This document shows, piece by piece, positions 55,369 to 64,000 of a stretch of 64,000 bases of DNA. The stretch lies in NCBI GenBank assembly GCA_038326615.1, contig JBBQKF010000003.1, positions 5,334-69,333 on the forward strand. The letters run 5' to 3'. This DNA comes from Saccharofermentanales bacterium. Its GTDB lineage: Bacteria > Bacillota > Clostridia > Saccharofermentanales > UBA5734. The first letter of the stretch is position 1, and the number at the start of each line of letters is the position of its first letter. The notes below the pieces were generated by a model, which was not told where the DNA came from, ran no database searches, and worked only from the letters and a program-made list of their open reading frames with translations. A program made the translations under genes and the position numbers.

Positions 55369-57138
55369 TTATTCGAAAGTATCAATGTCCGCTTCCAGGA
55401 GCTCATTTCTGAGAGCATATCTAACATGATATCCTTTATCAGTTGTTTCAACGGACAAAACTCTTTTGTCGTTAAAACGGGTTGCCTTATGTGAAATTGC
55501 ATTCCGGTATAAATTAAGCGCGTCAGCACCATAAGTTCCTATGCTATCTGAATTTGAGATAAGACCACCGAAAATTATACAGGTTTTGTATAAAGATTCT
55601 TGTTCTTCAACACTCAATTTGTTTTTGTGTTTTCGCAGTGAAAAGCTTCCAGGATCACATGAGAAAGCTCTTCCGTCAAGGTGCCTGCGATTTATTGAAC
55701 TTTTAATTGCAGACAGGGTTGATTCTCTCTCTCTGGAATTTTTGGAGACAAAAACTGGATTAGGCCCATTCCATCCTGAGGAAAGATCAGAAGCAACCGA
55801 ACAATATTCGAAAAGACCAAATGCACTTCCTAATGGCACACCACACGCAATTACAGGAACACTTCCTGTAGCTTCTCTCAAAATCATTAGTGCATGGTTC
55901 ATAGCCTGCGCCCTTGTTCTCTTACTATGTGCCCCCCTGTTAAGGCCTGCAGCAAAAAGATAATCCATTTTAAGTAAAGCTACTTTCCATTCAATGGTCA
56001 TTGTTTTAATTGTTCTTTTAATATGATTTATAACCTGGGGGTTGTAGAGGTCGAGTAAGTATAAGCTTCCACCCTGATCATGACTTTTACCAACTTTTAT
56101 CAGGCGCCCTTTGTTGTCCCTTGCCATAAGCTCTAATCGTTCCCTAAAAATTTGTGATTTTGATGAACAAATGAAAGGTGAGAGCGTAATTCCGGGTTTA
56201 TAACCAGCCTCGCTTATTGCTTTAATTACACGCGGAAGTCCGCCAGGAAAGCTAGAAGAATGGGTAGTCCAATCTCCTGCTTGGACTTCATATCCTTGAC
56301 CAATAATAAAATAATCAAGAGGTATTTCCCGTACTTTATACTCCCATAAGATTGCAAGCAAGCGGTTTTCTTCTATTTGGTTAAACAATGCATACCAGCT
56401 ATCCCAGGCAAGGGCAGGGCGACTTCTGTTAAATAATCCTGCATCTCGATTGGATTTATAAAATAAAGAAAAATATCTTCCAAAACAATCATCTTCAAGC
56501 GCAGTTGTCATAAAAAAGTCGAAAATTTTAACTGGTGGAACATCTAGTCCTGAGGTTCTTTGAACAGGTGGTAGAAATAGTCCTTCACAATCCTTTGCAG
56601 CAATGACACTTGCGCCTGTTCTTGAATCATTGTGAACAAAATCGAATCTTGTGTACGCAAGACTTTCATCTAAAGACCCCAAAAGTGTAAATCCAGTTGG
56701 AGCATTAAAATATGTATAAGTCCAGCTGTGAGATTTTCTATTTGAGTATTGAGAAAATTTGTAATCACCAGCCTTTGAATGAAGAGCCGGTTGGAAAATA
56801 GGCGGTTTTGGGAGACCATTTGACAACGATATCATTTGGGAGGAACTCCAGGATTGATATCCGTTACAAAAGACGTGTGTTTGTGAGGGTAAGTGAATAG
56901 TTGTTTCAAGTTCGCATGATACAATTTCAACATGAAGGCCTGTATCATTTTCTATAAACGCCTGAACACGAAGCCCGCCATTCTCAGAAGACAAAACGCA
57001 GTAAGCCATAACGCTGTTGTCTTTTTTGCGCGGCAAAACCCCGATGCTTATAGGTAATGACTCCGTAGCACCATTCAATTTACATACTAAATTTCCTGAA
57101 CGAACCATATAATCGTAAACTCTTGTTTCCTGAAGCAT
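55369..57138 (-). CDS. GH36-like alpha-galactosidase-family protein with atypical motif
   Basis: NGYQSWS, WDSWY, FPGGL, LKMDYL, CGVPL, DPG. The usual DDG motif reads GQG. Confidence 0.7.
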   Translation of the reverse strand: MLQETRVYDYMVRSGNLVCKLNGATESLPISIGVLPRKKDNSVMAYCVLSSENGGLRVQAFIENDTGLHVEIVSCELETTIHLPSQTHVFCNGYQSWSSSQMISLSNGLPKPPIFQPALHSKAGDYKFSQYSNRKSHSWTYTYFNAPTGFTLLGSLDESLAYTRFDFVHNDSRTGASVIAAKDCEGLFLPPVQRTSGLDVPPVKIFDFFMTTALEDDCFGRYFSLFYKSNRDAGLFNRSRPALAWDSWYALFNQIEENRLLAILWEYKVREIPLDYFIIGQGYEVQAGDWTTHSSSFPGGLPRVIKAISEAGYKPGITLSPFICSSKSQIFRERLELMARDNKGRLIKVGKSHDQGGSLYLLDLYNPQVINHIKRTIKTMTIEWKVALLKMDYLFAAGLNRGAHSKRTRAQAMNHALMILREATGSVPVIACGVPLGSAFGLFEYCSVASDLSSGWNGPNPVFVSKNSRERESTLSAIKSSINRRHLDGRAFSCDPGSFSLRKHKNKLSVEEQESLYKTCIIFGGLISNSDSIGTYGADALNLYRNAISHKATRFNDKRVLSVETTDKGYHVRYALRNELLEADIDTFE

Positions 57139-57203
57139 AAAATTCTCCTCGAAAAATAATTATACACCAAAAACTTGCATTGTGGATATACTAAATTGCA
57201 TTC

Positions 57204-57245
57204 GTAACTATAGTTACTACAAAAACCCATGTAATTAGTTAATAT
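57204..57245 (+). promoter_or_regulatory. Perfect palindrome GTAACTATAGTTAC plus -10 box; candidate Crp/Fnr-type site
   Basis: Palindrome at 57204-57217, TAATAT at 57240. Confidence 0.45.
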
Positions 57246-57285
57246 GAAGCCAATTAATACTTCAAATCAATGGGAGGAATGCAAC

Positions 57286-57609
57286 ATGGCACAAACAATC
57301 ACAATGACAAATTTCAAAGAAATGGTACTCGATTCAGACAAACCGGTTCTTCTTGATTTCTGGGCATCATGGTGCGGACCTTGCAAGATGGTAGCTCCAA
57401 CAATTGATAAGCTTGCACTAGACTATGAGGGCAAAGCAATAATTGGTAAAGTTAATGTCGATGAAGAACAAGCTCTTGCAGAGCGATTTAAGGTAATGAG
57501 TATTCCAACTCTCTTTATTTTAAAAAACGGTGAAGTTGTTGAGAAGATGGTTGGAGCAAGACCAATTGGGGAGCTTAAGCTATTACTTGATAAGTATATG
57601 AAATCGTAA
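57286..57609 (+). CDS. trxA: Thioredoxin (second copy)
   Basis: DFWASWCGPC. ATG 57286 follows GGAGG. Confidence 0.95.
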   Translation: MAQTITMTNFKEMVLDSDKPVLLDFWASWCGPCKMVAPTIDKLALDYEGKAIIGKVNVDEEQALAERFKVMSIPTLFILKNGEVVEKMVGARPIGELKLLLDKYMKS

Positions 57610-57621
57610 AAACATTAAACT

Positions 57622-58332
57622 TCACCAGTCACATATTTTAGACTTTTTAATAGAGCCAAACAAATGATCGCGTATATTTGGATTTTCTTTTTCCATATTG
57701 TCGATGATGCTTTTTATGTTGGCTCTATTTGTTGTTCCAGTCGCAGAGCATGGACTTTTTACTATTTTTAAAGAGTATTCATTACAATATTCTACTACCT
57801 GAGATTCCTTTACATAAATCAAAGGTCTAATTACGTGTATTTTTTTTCGGGAAAGGTATGTCACCGGTGAAAAGCAATGATAACGCCCTTCATAGAACAA
57901 ACTCATAGCCATAGTCTCTATTGCATCATCACGATGATGCCCTAAGGCAACTTTGTTACAGCCAAGCTCAATAGCCTTATTATTTAGAGCTCCGCGCCTC
58001 AAATTTGAACAAAGGGAGCAAGGGCTCTCTTCTTTTCTTATATTAAAAACGATATTGCCGATTTGTGTTTCTTCCATATAAAATGGCACTTCAAGTTCGT
58101 CACAAAGTGATTGAACAGATGAAAAATCTGTCTTTTCAAGCCCCAGATCAAGTGTTATAGCAACAATATCGAAGTTGATAGGCGAGTAAACTTTAATTTT
58201 AGCGAGAGAAACAAGGGTAGCAAGGCTGTCCTTTCCACCAGAAACGCCAACAGCAACTTTGTCACCATCAGTAATCATATTATAATCAAACAAAGCTTTT
58301 TGAACTGCACCTGCAAAATTGAAATCCTTCAC
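57622..58332 (-). CDS. ttcA: TtcA-family tRNA 2-thiocytidine biosynthesis protein
   Basis: PP-loop SGGKDS, CSLC, GHHRDD, IRPL. Confidence 0.88.
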   Translation of the reverse strand: MKDFNFAGAVQKALFDYNMITDGDKVAVGVSGGKDSLATLVSLAKIKVYSPINFDIVAITLDLGLEKTDFSSVQSLCDELEVPFYMEETQIGNIVFNIRKEESPCSLCSNLRRGALNNKAIELGCNKVALGHHRDDAIETMAMSLFYEGRYHCFSPVTYLSRKKIHVIRPLIYVKESQVVEYCNEYSLKIVKSPCSATGTTNRANIKSIIDNMEKENPNIRDHLFGSIKKSKICDW

Positions 58333-58610
58333 TAATGGAACCTCCGATAAAACATTTTAACTTTGTTATGATAACAAATCAAAATAGAAACTGCAAGAAA
58401 TCAATCAAAATAAAAAACATTACGCACTTTTTTAAATTATGCAAAATCCTGTTAATCTTTATATACCAAGGATTTAAAGGATTATTAATTGCTTCAAGTG
58501 TCAAAGGAATAACATATAAAATTCTAGTTATAGTAGAAACGAGATTTTGGTTAGTGTATAATGTTATTAATAAATTGCTCCGCTTTATTTGGCGGATGAA
58601 TGGAGAAAAC

Positions 58611-59861
58611 GTGGCAAAAGTTTGTATAATTAAATGTGATAGTTACGACAAAGAAAAAGTTAAAGATGCAGTTGATTTTGCATTTAGGGAACTCGAAATA
58701 GAAAGACTATTTAAAGAAGGAGAAAATATACTTCTTAAGCCTAATCTTTTATCGTCTAAAACACCGGATAAGGCTGTAACAACGCATCCTGAAGTTTTCA
58801 GGGGAGTGGCTCTTGCGATGCAAAATTGCAAAGTTAATCTTTCATATGGAGACTCACCTGCAGCTGAATCTCCAAGTAAAGCTCAGAGAATATGCGGAAT
58901 TGAAGAAGTTGCAAACGAGCTTTCTATACCGGAAGCAGATTTTGTAACTCCAATAAACAGAGATTTCCCGGAAGGGGTTCTTGTCAGGAAATTTCAACTC
59001 GTAAAAGCAGCTGAAGATACCGATGGTATTATAAGCATTTGTAAGTTTAAGACACACGCACTGACCCGGTTTACTGGCGCAATGAAAAACCAGTTCGGGC
59101 TTATTCCTGGAACGCTTAAAGCACAAGATCATGTTCGGTTTCCCGATGTAACTTCATTTACACAGATGCTTACGGATCTTAACAATTGCGTTAAGCCAAG
59201 ATTGTATGTAATGGATGCAATTGTGGGGATGGAAGGCAATGGACCTGCAAATGGAACGCCGCGGCATATGGGGATGATTATTATTTCAGATGATCCAGTT
59301 GCTATGGACAGCGTATGTGTTGGCCTCATGGGGCTTGACTATAAGACAATACTTTCAGTTATGACTGGTGCAAAATGCGGTCTTGGTATTGCGGATCATG
59401 ACAAAATAAATCTTTGTCTGATAGAAGACGCGCCAAAAAATAATAAGGAAACTACTAGTAATGTACAAGGCAATGCTCCTAGCTCAATTCAAAGAACTGT
59501 AATATGGGATGTTGCTTCGAAAATGATTCCACTCCTTGCTCTTCGTGATTTTCAAAATGCGATGGACGGAGGGTCTGCATTAACATTTGCTAGCACATTT
59601 TTAGGCCCGCTCGTTAAAAAAGCAATTCTTAACCGACCAGTTATCGTTCACGAAAATTGTACCAAGTGCAAATTGTGCGTGCGCGTCTGCCCTGTAAAAC
59701 CAAAGGCAATTGAATTTTCAAACAAAAAACAAAAAATAGTTTATCACTATTCACGCTGCATACGCTGTTTTTGTTGCCAGGAACTATGCCCTCACGCGGC
59801 AATTGTAGTAAAGAAGGCCCCACTTCATTTTCTGCTTGGTAATAAGAAAAAGAGCAAATAA
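58611..59861 (+). CDS. DUF362 domain protein with C-terminal 2x[4Fe-4S] ferredoxin domain
   Basis: LLKPNL, TTHP, KTH, MEGNGP, DPVAMD; CTKCKLC...CP and CIRCFCC...CP. GTG 58611 follows TGGAGA. Confidence 0.88.
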   Translation: MAKVCIIKCDSYDKEKVKDAVDFAFRELEIERLFKEGENILLKPNLLSSKTPDKAVTTHPEVFRGVALAMQNCKVNLSYGDSPAAESPSKAQRICGIEEVANELSIPEADFVTPINRDFPEGVLVRKFQLVKAAEDTDGIISICKFKTHALTRFTGAMKNQFGLIPGTLKAQDHVRFPDVTSFTQMLTDLNNCVKPRLYVMDAIVGMEGNGPANGTPRHMGMIIISDDPVAMDSVCVGLMGLDYKTILSVMTGAKCGLGIADHDKINLCLIEDAPKNNKETTSNVQGNAPSSIQRTVIWDVASKMIPLLALRDFQNAMDGGSALTFASTFLGPLVKKAILNRPVIVHENCTKCKLCVRVCPVKPKAIEFSNKKQKIVYHYSRCIRCFCCQELCPHAAIVVKKAPLHFLLGNKKKSK

Positions 59862-60030
59862 GTTTTATGTATATTTCTCCTGTTATTTGGCAAGTAAATG
59901 AATGTTTTTACATATCACTCTAGTTAATTGTTTTGAGACATAAATTATTTAACAATTTGAAATAGAAACTGTAATTCATTAATATTCATATCAAAAATGA
60001 TGTTATTGAATATTGAAGATAATTACCAAT

Positions 60031-60134
60031 TTCAGATTCTGCAAAAATTACGGGTCTGCGACGGTAATGAAATTGTTGTAAAAGAAGAATGATTTATCCA
60101 TTGCATTTCATGTGAATAAATCAAGATAAAAATG
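60031..60134 (+). repeat. Structured sequence homologous to 61551-61680
   Basis: Shared TTCAGATTCTGCAAAAATTAC, GTCTGCGACGGTAA and TGATTTATCCATT...TGAATAAATCA. Confidence 0.85.
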
Positions 60135-60220
60135 TCAAAAAGACAAAAGGCAATTCGAACTAATATTAGAAATTATGAGAAGTTAATTAATAATAAAATC
60201 ATAATAAAAAGGAGAGTAAC

Positions 60221-61363
60221 ATGAATCTTTTTCCAAGACTGATACGCGAAAAGCAGGAGGAATCTTTGTCACCATTTGCAATTCAAAGTAGGGAATCAAG
60301 AGGGCGGCTACGACCTGCCGAAAAATGCAAAGTCCGCACAGAATTTGAGCGGGACACAGGCAAAATCCTCTATTCAATGGAATTTCGAAGACTTCGGCAT
60401 AAGACTCAGGTATTTTTCAATCCACAAAACGACCATATATGCACGCGAATGGAGCATGTTTTGTATGTGAACTATATTTCAAATACAATTGGGCGATCAT
60501 TAAACTTAAATCCAGACCTCATTAATGCAATATCTTTAGGTCATGACATCGGACATTCACCTTTTGGACATAGTGGTGAGCGGATGCTTGATTTGTGCAT
60601 AAAAAAAATCAGTCCCGATTTATATTTTCAACACGAACTTCACAGCCTGCGTGTCGCGGACATGCTTGCAGTAAAAAGAGATCAGCCAGGCCAACATGGA
60701 TTTAACCTCACATTTGAAGTTCGCGACGGCATCGCATGCCATTGCGGCGAAACATATGATGAAATACTACTTAAACCAGATAGAGCGAAAGCAACAGATT
60801 CGTTGTATGCAAAAGGAGCAGGTAAAAAAATGCCAGCAACACTTGAGGGCTGTGTTGTTCGAATCGCTGATAAAATTGCTTATGTAGGCCGTGACATCGA
60901 AGATGCAGTAAGAGCAGGAATTATGGAATTTGAAGATTTGCCCAAAGACATAAAGTCTGAACTTGGGAATACAAACGGAGAGATAATAAATACTCTTGTC
61001 ATGGATATAATTTTAAACAGCATTAATAAAGATCGGATTATGCTTAGTGAAGAAAAAGGAATGGCAATGAAAAATCTCTTGTTAGACAATGTCGACAGAA
61101 TTTATAAATCAGAGAAAATCAAGGCATACGAGAAAATGGCGCAAAATACAGTTGAAGGGTTGTTTAATGCTTTACTTCCAGCAATTGAAGATTCTGAGAA
61201 ACTAAAATCAAGTGAGATAAAAGTCTTCAAAAATCTCTACAACTTTGTCTCCGAAAGAGATTATGGCGACAATGAACGAAATGCTCAGAAAGTTGTTGAT
61301 TTCATAGCAGGAATGACAGATTCATACGCCCAAAAATGCTTTGAAGAAATTTACTGGTTCTAA
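60221..61363 (+). CDS. dgt: HD-domain dNTP triphosphohydrolase (dGTPase-like)
   Basis: RTEFERD, FRRLRHKTQV, TRMEH, GHDIGHSPFGHSGE, ADKIAY, DFIAGMTD. Confidence 0.9.
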   Translation: MNLFPRLIREKQEESLSPFAIQSRESRGRLRPAEKCKVRTEFERDTGKILYSMEFRRLRHKTQVFFNPQNDHICTRMEHVLYVNYISNTIGRSLNLNPDLINAISLGHDIGHSPFGHSGERMLDLCIKKISPDLYFQHELHSLRVADMLAVKRDQPGQHGFNLTFEVRDGIACHCGETYDEILLKPDRAKATDSLYAKGAGKKMPATLEGCVVRIADKIAYVGRDIEDAVRAGIMEFEDLPKDIKSELGNTNGEIINTLVMDIILNSINKDRIMLSEEKGMAMKNLLLDNVDRIYKSEKIKAYEKMAQNTVEGLFNALLPAIEDSEKLKSSEIKVFKNLYNFVSERDYGDNERNAQKVVDFIAGMTDSYAQKCFEEIYWF

Positions 61364-61450
61364 ACACAGTGGGGACGGTTCCTCTGTGTTCAGAGCACAA
61401 GGGGACAGTCCTTCTGCAAACACAAAGTGGTTCTAATCACAAAGGGGATC
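61362..61450. repeat. GGGGAC-cored REP-like hairpin with degenerate tandem copies; may terminate transcription
   Basis: AACACAG-TGGGGACGGTTCCT-CTGTGTT, then CACAAGGGGACAGTCC and CACAAAGGGGATC. Confidence 0.55.
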
Positions 61451-61538
61451 TGCTGATGCTTTAGAAAGGATAGGTCACACAACAGATTGAGGCTGAAATA
61501 TAAACATACGACAAATAAAAAAACAAAAGGAAGAGGAA

Positions 61539-61667
61539 AATCTGAATAAATTCAGATTCTGCAAAAATTACTGGTATGGCAATACCATATCTATCGTCTG
61601 CGACGGTAACGAAATATTTATGAAAGGATGATGATTTATCCATTACATTTTGTGATGAATAAATCAT
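61539..61667 (+). promoter_or_regulatory. Four-hairpin leader upstream of yfbR (candidate cis-regulatory RNA)
   Basis: AATCTGAA/TTCAGATT, TGGTAT/ATACCA, TATCGTC/GACGGTA, ATGATTTAT/ATAAATCAT; the last overlaps ATG 61666. Confidence 0.4.
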
Positions 61668-62301
61668 GGATAAAAAAATGAAAAATGGATTTTTCGCAAT
61701 GGTTTCAAGAATGCGATACATAAATCGCTGGGCACTGATGCGTAATACTCGCACAGAGAATATCGAGGAGCATAGTTTGCAGGTTGCGATACTTGCACAT
61801 GCTCTTGCTGTTATAAGAAAAGAAATGTTCCCAGTTGATAGCGAAGGCAATGCAAGAATTGAAGTTGATCCAAACCTTGTCGCAACACTTGCAATTTATC
61901 ATGACACAAACGAAATTTTAACAGGCGATATGCCAACGCCAGTTAAGTATTTCAACCCTTCAATTGCAAAAGCATTTAAGGACGTTGAGAAAGAAGCAAC
62001 TCGAAAACTTTTATCGATGCTTCCACAAGAAATGATTGCATCATACGAGAAAATACTGACACCAAATAAAGAAGACCCACAGATTTTGCAAGCAACGAAA
62101 ATTGTTAAAGCAGCCGACAGGATTTCTGCGTTAATTAAATGTATTGAAGAAGAAAAAGCTGGAAATTCTGAATTTGTATCCGCTGCAAAATCAATAAAAT
62201 CAGCAATATCCGAAAACGATATGCCAGAGGTTTCGTATTTCATGAAAAAACTTTTACCGGCATTTTCAAAAAATCTTGATGAACTCGAAAGTTCAAACTA
62301 G
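61666..62301 (+). CDS. yfbR: YfbR-type HD 5'-deoxynucleotidase (start 61666 or 61678)
   Basis: FFAMVSRMRYINRWALMRN, ENIEEHS, YHD..E.LTGDMPTPVKY, VKAAD, KCIEE. Confidence 0.92.
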   Translation: MDKKMKNGFFAMVSRMRYINRWALMRNTRTENIEEHSLQVAILAHALAVIRKEMFPVDSEGNARIEVDPNLVATLAIYHDTNEILTGDMPTPVKYFNPSIAKAFKDVEKEATRKLLSMLPQEMIASYEKILTPNKEDPQILQATKIVKAADRISALIKCIEEEKAGNSEFVSAAKSIKSAISENDMPEVSYFMKKLLPAFSKNLDELESSN

Positions 62302-62454
62302 AATAAACTTGCCCTTGAAAGTACAGATTAATTCAAACTTGCTTGTAAAATTGCAGATAGAAACAATGTATCATTCATAGCAATTAATATTAATACAAGT
62401 AATAGTTTAAAAAGGATATTTAAAACAATAATATTCATTTCTTCTCTCAATAAT

Positions 62455-63330
62455 TTATAGAGATTTAAGATAAGCAATCGCCGAAATCCCTGCTGTTGCG
62501 CCTTCGCCAACAGCTACACTTACCTGAAGGATTCCGCCCGTGCAATCCCCTGCAGCATAAAGGCCTAGGATATTAGTTTCTTGCTTTTTGTTTGCGGTGA
62601 TTGCTTTGCCGTCATTTTCGATGCCCATTTTATAAGCAAAATCTAAAGCTGAAGCAGTGCCTTCAGCGATAAAAAGACCATCAATAGGAGACTGCGTTTT
62701 ATCATCAAAAACGAGCATCTCTATTTTTGTTTCGCCAGTAATGTGATCAATTTTGCGTTTATCGATAGCAATATTTGAATCAAAATCCTCTGCTAAAACA
62801 ACTTTACCCTCATAATCCCGACCGTTTGTATACATGGTAATATTCTTGGTAAAAGGGAGAAGTTCAGTTGCTTCTTTGTAGGTATAGTCACTATTTCCAA
62901 TTATTCCTACGGTTTTTCCTCTATAGAAAAAGCCGTCACAAGTCGTGCAATAACTGACGCCGCTACCTTCATATTTAGAAAGATTTTGGACACTCGCCTT
63001 TTTCCTTGGCATACCAGTAGAAACAATCAAAACCTTCGACGTATTTGTTGAAACTGATGTAGTAACAGTAAATTCCTCGTTTTTTTCAATACCTGTTACC
63101 TCAGAATCTTCGAATACAACACCAAAACGCTTTGCCTGATTAATCCCAGCAGTTAAAAGTTCCATTCCACTCATAGGATTTTCAAAACCGTAATAATTTT
63201 CGATTTTATCTGCTCCGGCGAGCCAGCCGAAATCCTTTGCAATTACAAGAACGCTTTTGTTCGCACGTGCTCCATAAATTGCGGCAGAAATTCCCGCAGG
63301 ACCTTTTCCAATAATAATAATATCGTACAT
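62455..63330 (-). CDS. Thioredoxin-reductase-like NAD(P)/FAD oxidoreductase
   Basis: IIGKGPAG, IENYYG, GVSYCTTCDG, YAAGDC. Confidence 0.88.
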   Translation of the reverse strand: MYDIIIIGKGPAGISAAIYGARANKSVLVIAKDFGWLAGADKIENYYGFENPMSGMELLTAGINQAKRFGVVFEDSEVTGIEKNEEFTVTTSVSTNTSKVLIVSTGMPRKKASVQNLSKYEGSGVSYCTTCDGFFYRGKTVGIIGNSDYTYKEATELLPFTKNITMYTNGRDYEGKVVLAEDFDSNIAIDKRKIDHITGETKIEMLVFDDKTQSPIDGLFIAEGTASALDFAYKMGIENDGKAITANKKQETNILGLYAAGDCTGGILQVSVAVGEGATAGISAIAYLKSL

Positions 63331-63537
63331 ATCTAAAACGTGAATGATTCATCCAAAAACGCAATAAATCAAACATTATCCTTTCTGAATTTTTTGCATG
63401 AACATCATAGACTTCACTAGCCAGCATGAATGCGATTTCTTATGTAATGATGTCCAACTAATTATAGTATATTATGTAAAGTTGAATTCAGCAAGTCGAA
63501 ATTGAATTTGAGATTAAGTTTATTACTAAGGTTGTAT

Positions 63538-63596
63538 TTGAATTTACAATTATGTTGCGATTAAGATGCAATTGAATTTACAATTAAGTTGCGATT
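63538..63596. repeat. 25-bp repeat x2, period 34 bp
   Basis: TTGAATTTACAATTAWGTTGCGATT at 63538 and 63572. Confidence 0.85.
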
Positions 63597-63606
63597 TTGA
63601 GTAGAA

Positions 63607-63692
63607 AGTATTTCTGCGGATGCTTCTTTCTAAAAGGTCTGTGGGTGTTTCTTGCAAAAAGGTCTGTGGGTGTTTCTTGCAAAAAGGTTTGT
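63607..63692. repeat. 25-bp tandem repeat (two exact units plus degenerate flanks)
   Basis: AAAAGGTCTGTGGGTGTTTCTTGCA at 63632 and 63657. Confidence 0.9.
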
Positions 63693-63766
63693 ATAAATAT
63701 GTATAACGATTTATAATATAGCATTGGTAAGCAAAACTAACCCCGCTTACTAATTTATTAATTCAA

Positions 63767-63921
63767 GACTATAGCGTTTACTCAGTATAACCAGATATTC
63801 TTAATTATATAAAGTATGAATGCACTGTAACTACCCAAATTGATATTGTGGAAATAGTGATTTCTCAAATATTTCAAAATAATAGTGGATTTATAATACT
63901 TACTGAGTAAACACGATAATC
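63767..63921. mobile_element. ~151-bp MITE-like element with 21-bp imperfect terminal inverted repeats (copy B)
   Basis: Left GACTATAGCGTTTACTCAGTA versus reverse complement of the right end GATTATCGTGTTTACTCAGTA (18/21). Confidence 0.65.
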
Positions 63922-64000
63922 ATTTATTAATTTATAAAAATATTTACTATAAATTGAAAATCATATCAAAGATTACTAAAAATTAGAAATATTTGACAGC

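Noticed and set aside
58335..58610. 92-aa N-terminal extension of the DUF362 protein
   Set aside because: AT-rich divergent promoter region; homology and SD point to GTG 58611.
60221..62301. dGTPase plus YfbR as an anti-phage nucleotide-depletion system
   Set aside because: Both look like ordinary housekeeping Firmicute proteins in a core neighbourhood with no defence genes; not excluded, but unsupported.
63607..63692. CRISPR or iteron array
   Set aside because: Head-to-tail 25-bp units without spacers, and no rep or cas gene visible.

Overview
Mostly core-genome window from an AT-rich Clostridia-like Firmicute (lineage inferred from RpoB/RpoC, the ribosomal proteins and gene order). In order: end of a xylan/xyloside locus (AraC/YesN-type regulator, GH52 beta-xylosidase, SGNH esterase, NPxTG-tailed surface protein), a stand-alone GAPDH, a CorC/HlyC protein, a resolvase-like protein, a PrsA-like foldase, rpoB-rpoC, rpsL-rpsG-fusA-tuf, nnrE/D, alr, split transketolase, AhpD-trxA-CoA-disulfide-reductase fusion, proB-acpS, an SH3/NlpC-P60-like protein, UDG, GNAT, a complete his operon with purC inside, a nucleoside kinase, metA, a GH36-like protein, a second thioredoxin, TtcA, DUF362, a dGTPase-like HD protein, YfbR and a TrxB-like oxidoreductase. 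I saw no tRNA, rRNA, CRISPR array or intact transposase. The best leads are: (1) local tandem duplications at all stages of decay that fill intergenic spacers and add in-frame inserts to housekeeping enzymes (Alr, HisH, NnrE/D); (2) a structured sequence shared upstream of two deoxynucleotide-degrading HD enzymes; (3) a GAPDH of trypanosomatid/Treponema type; (4) a serine recombinase and an NlpC/P60 protein that both appear catalytically dead; (5) two families of small non-autonomous mobile relics; (6) a GC-rich patch inside hisD. All family calls come from recognising motifs by eye; no database search was run.
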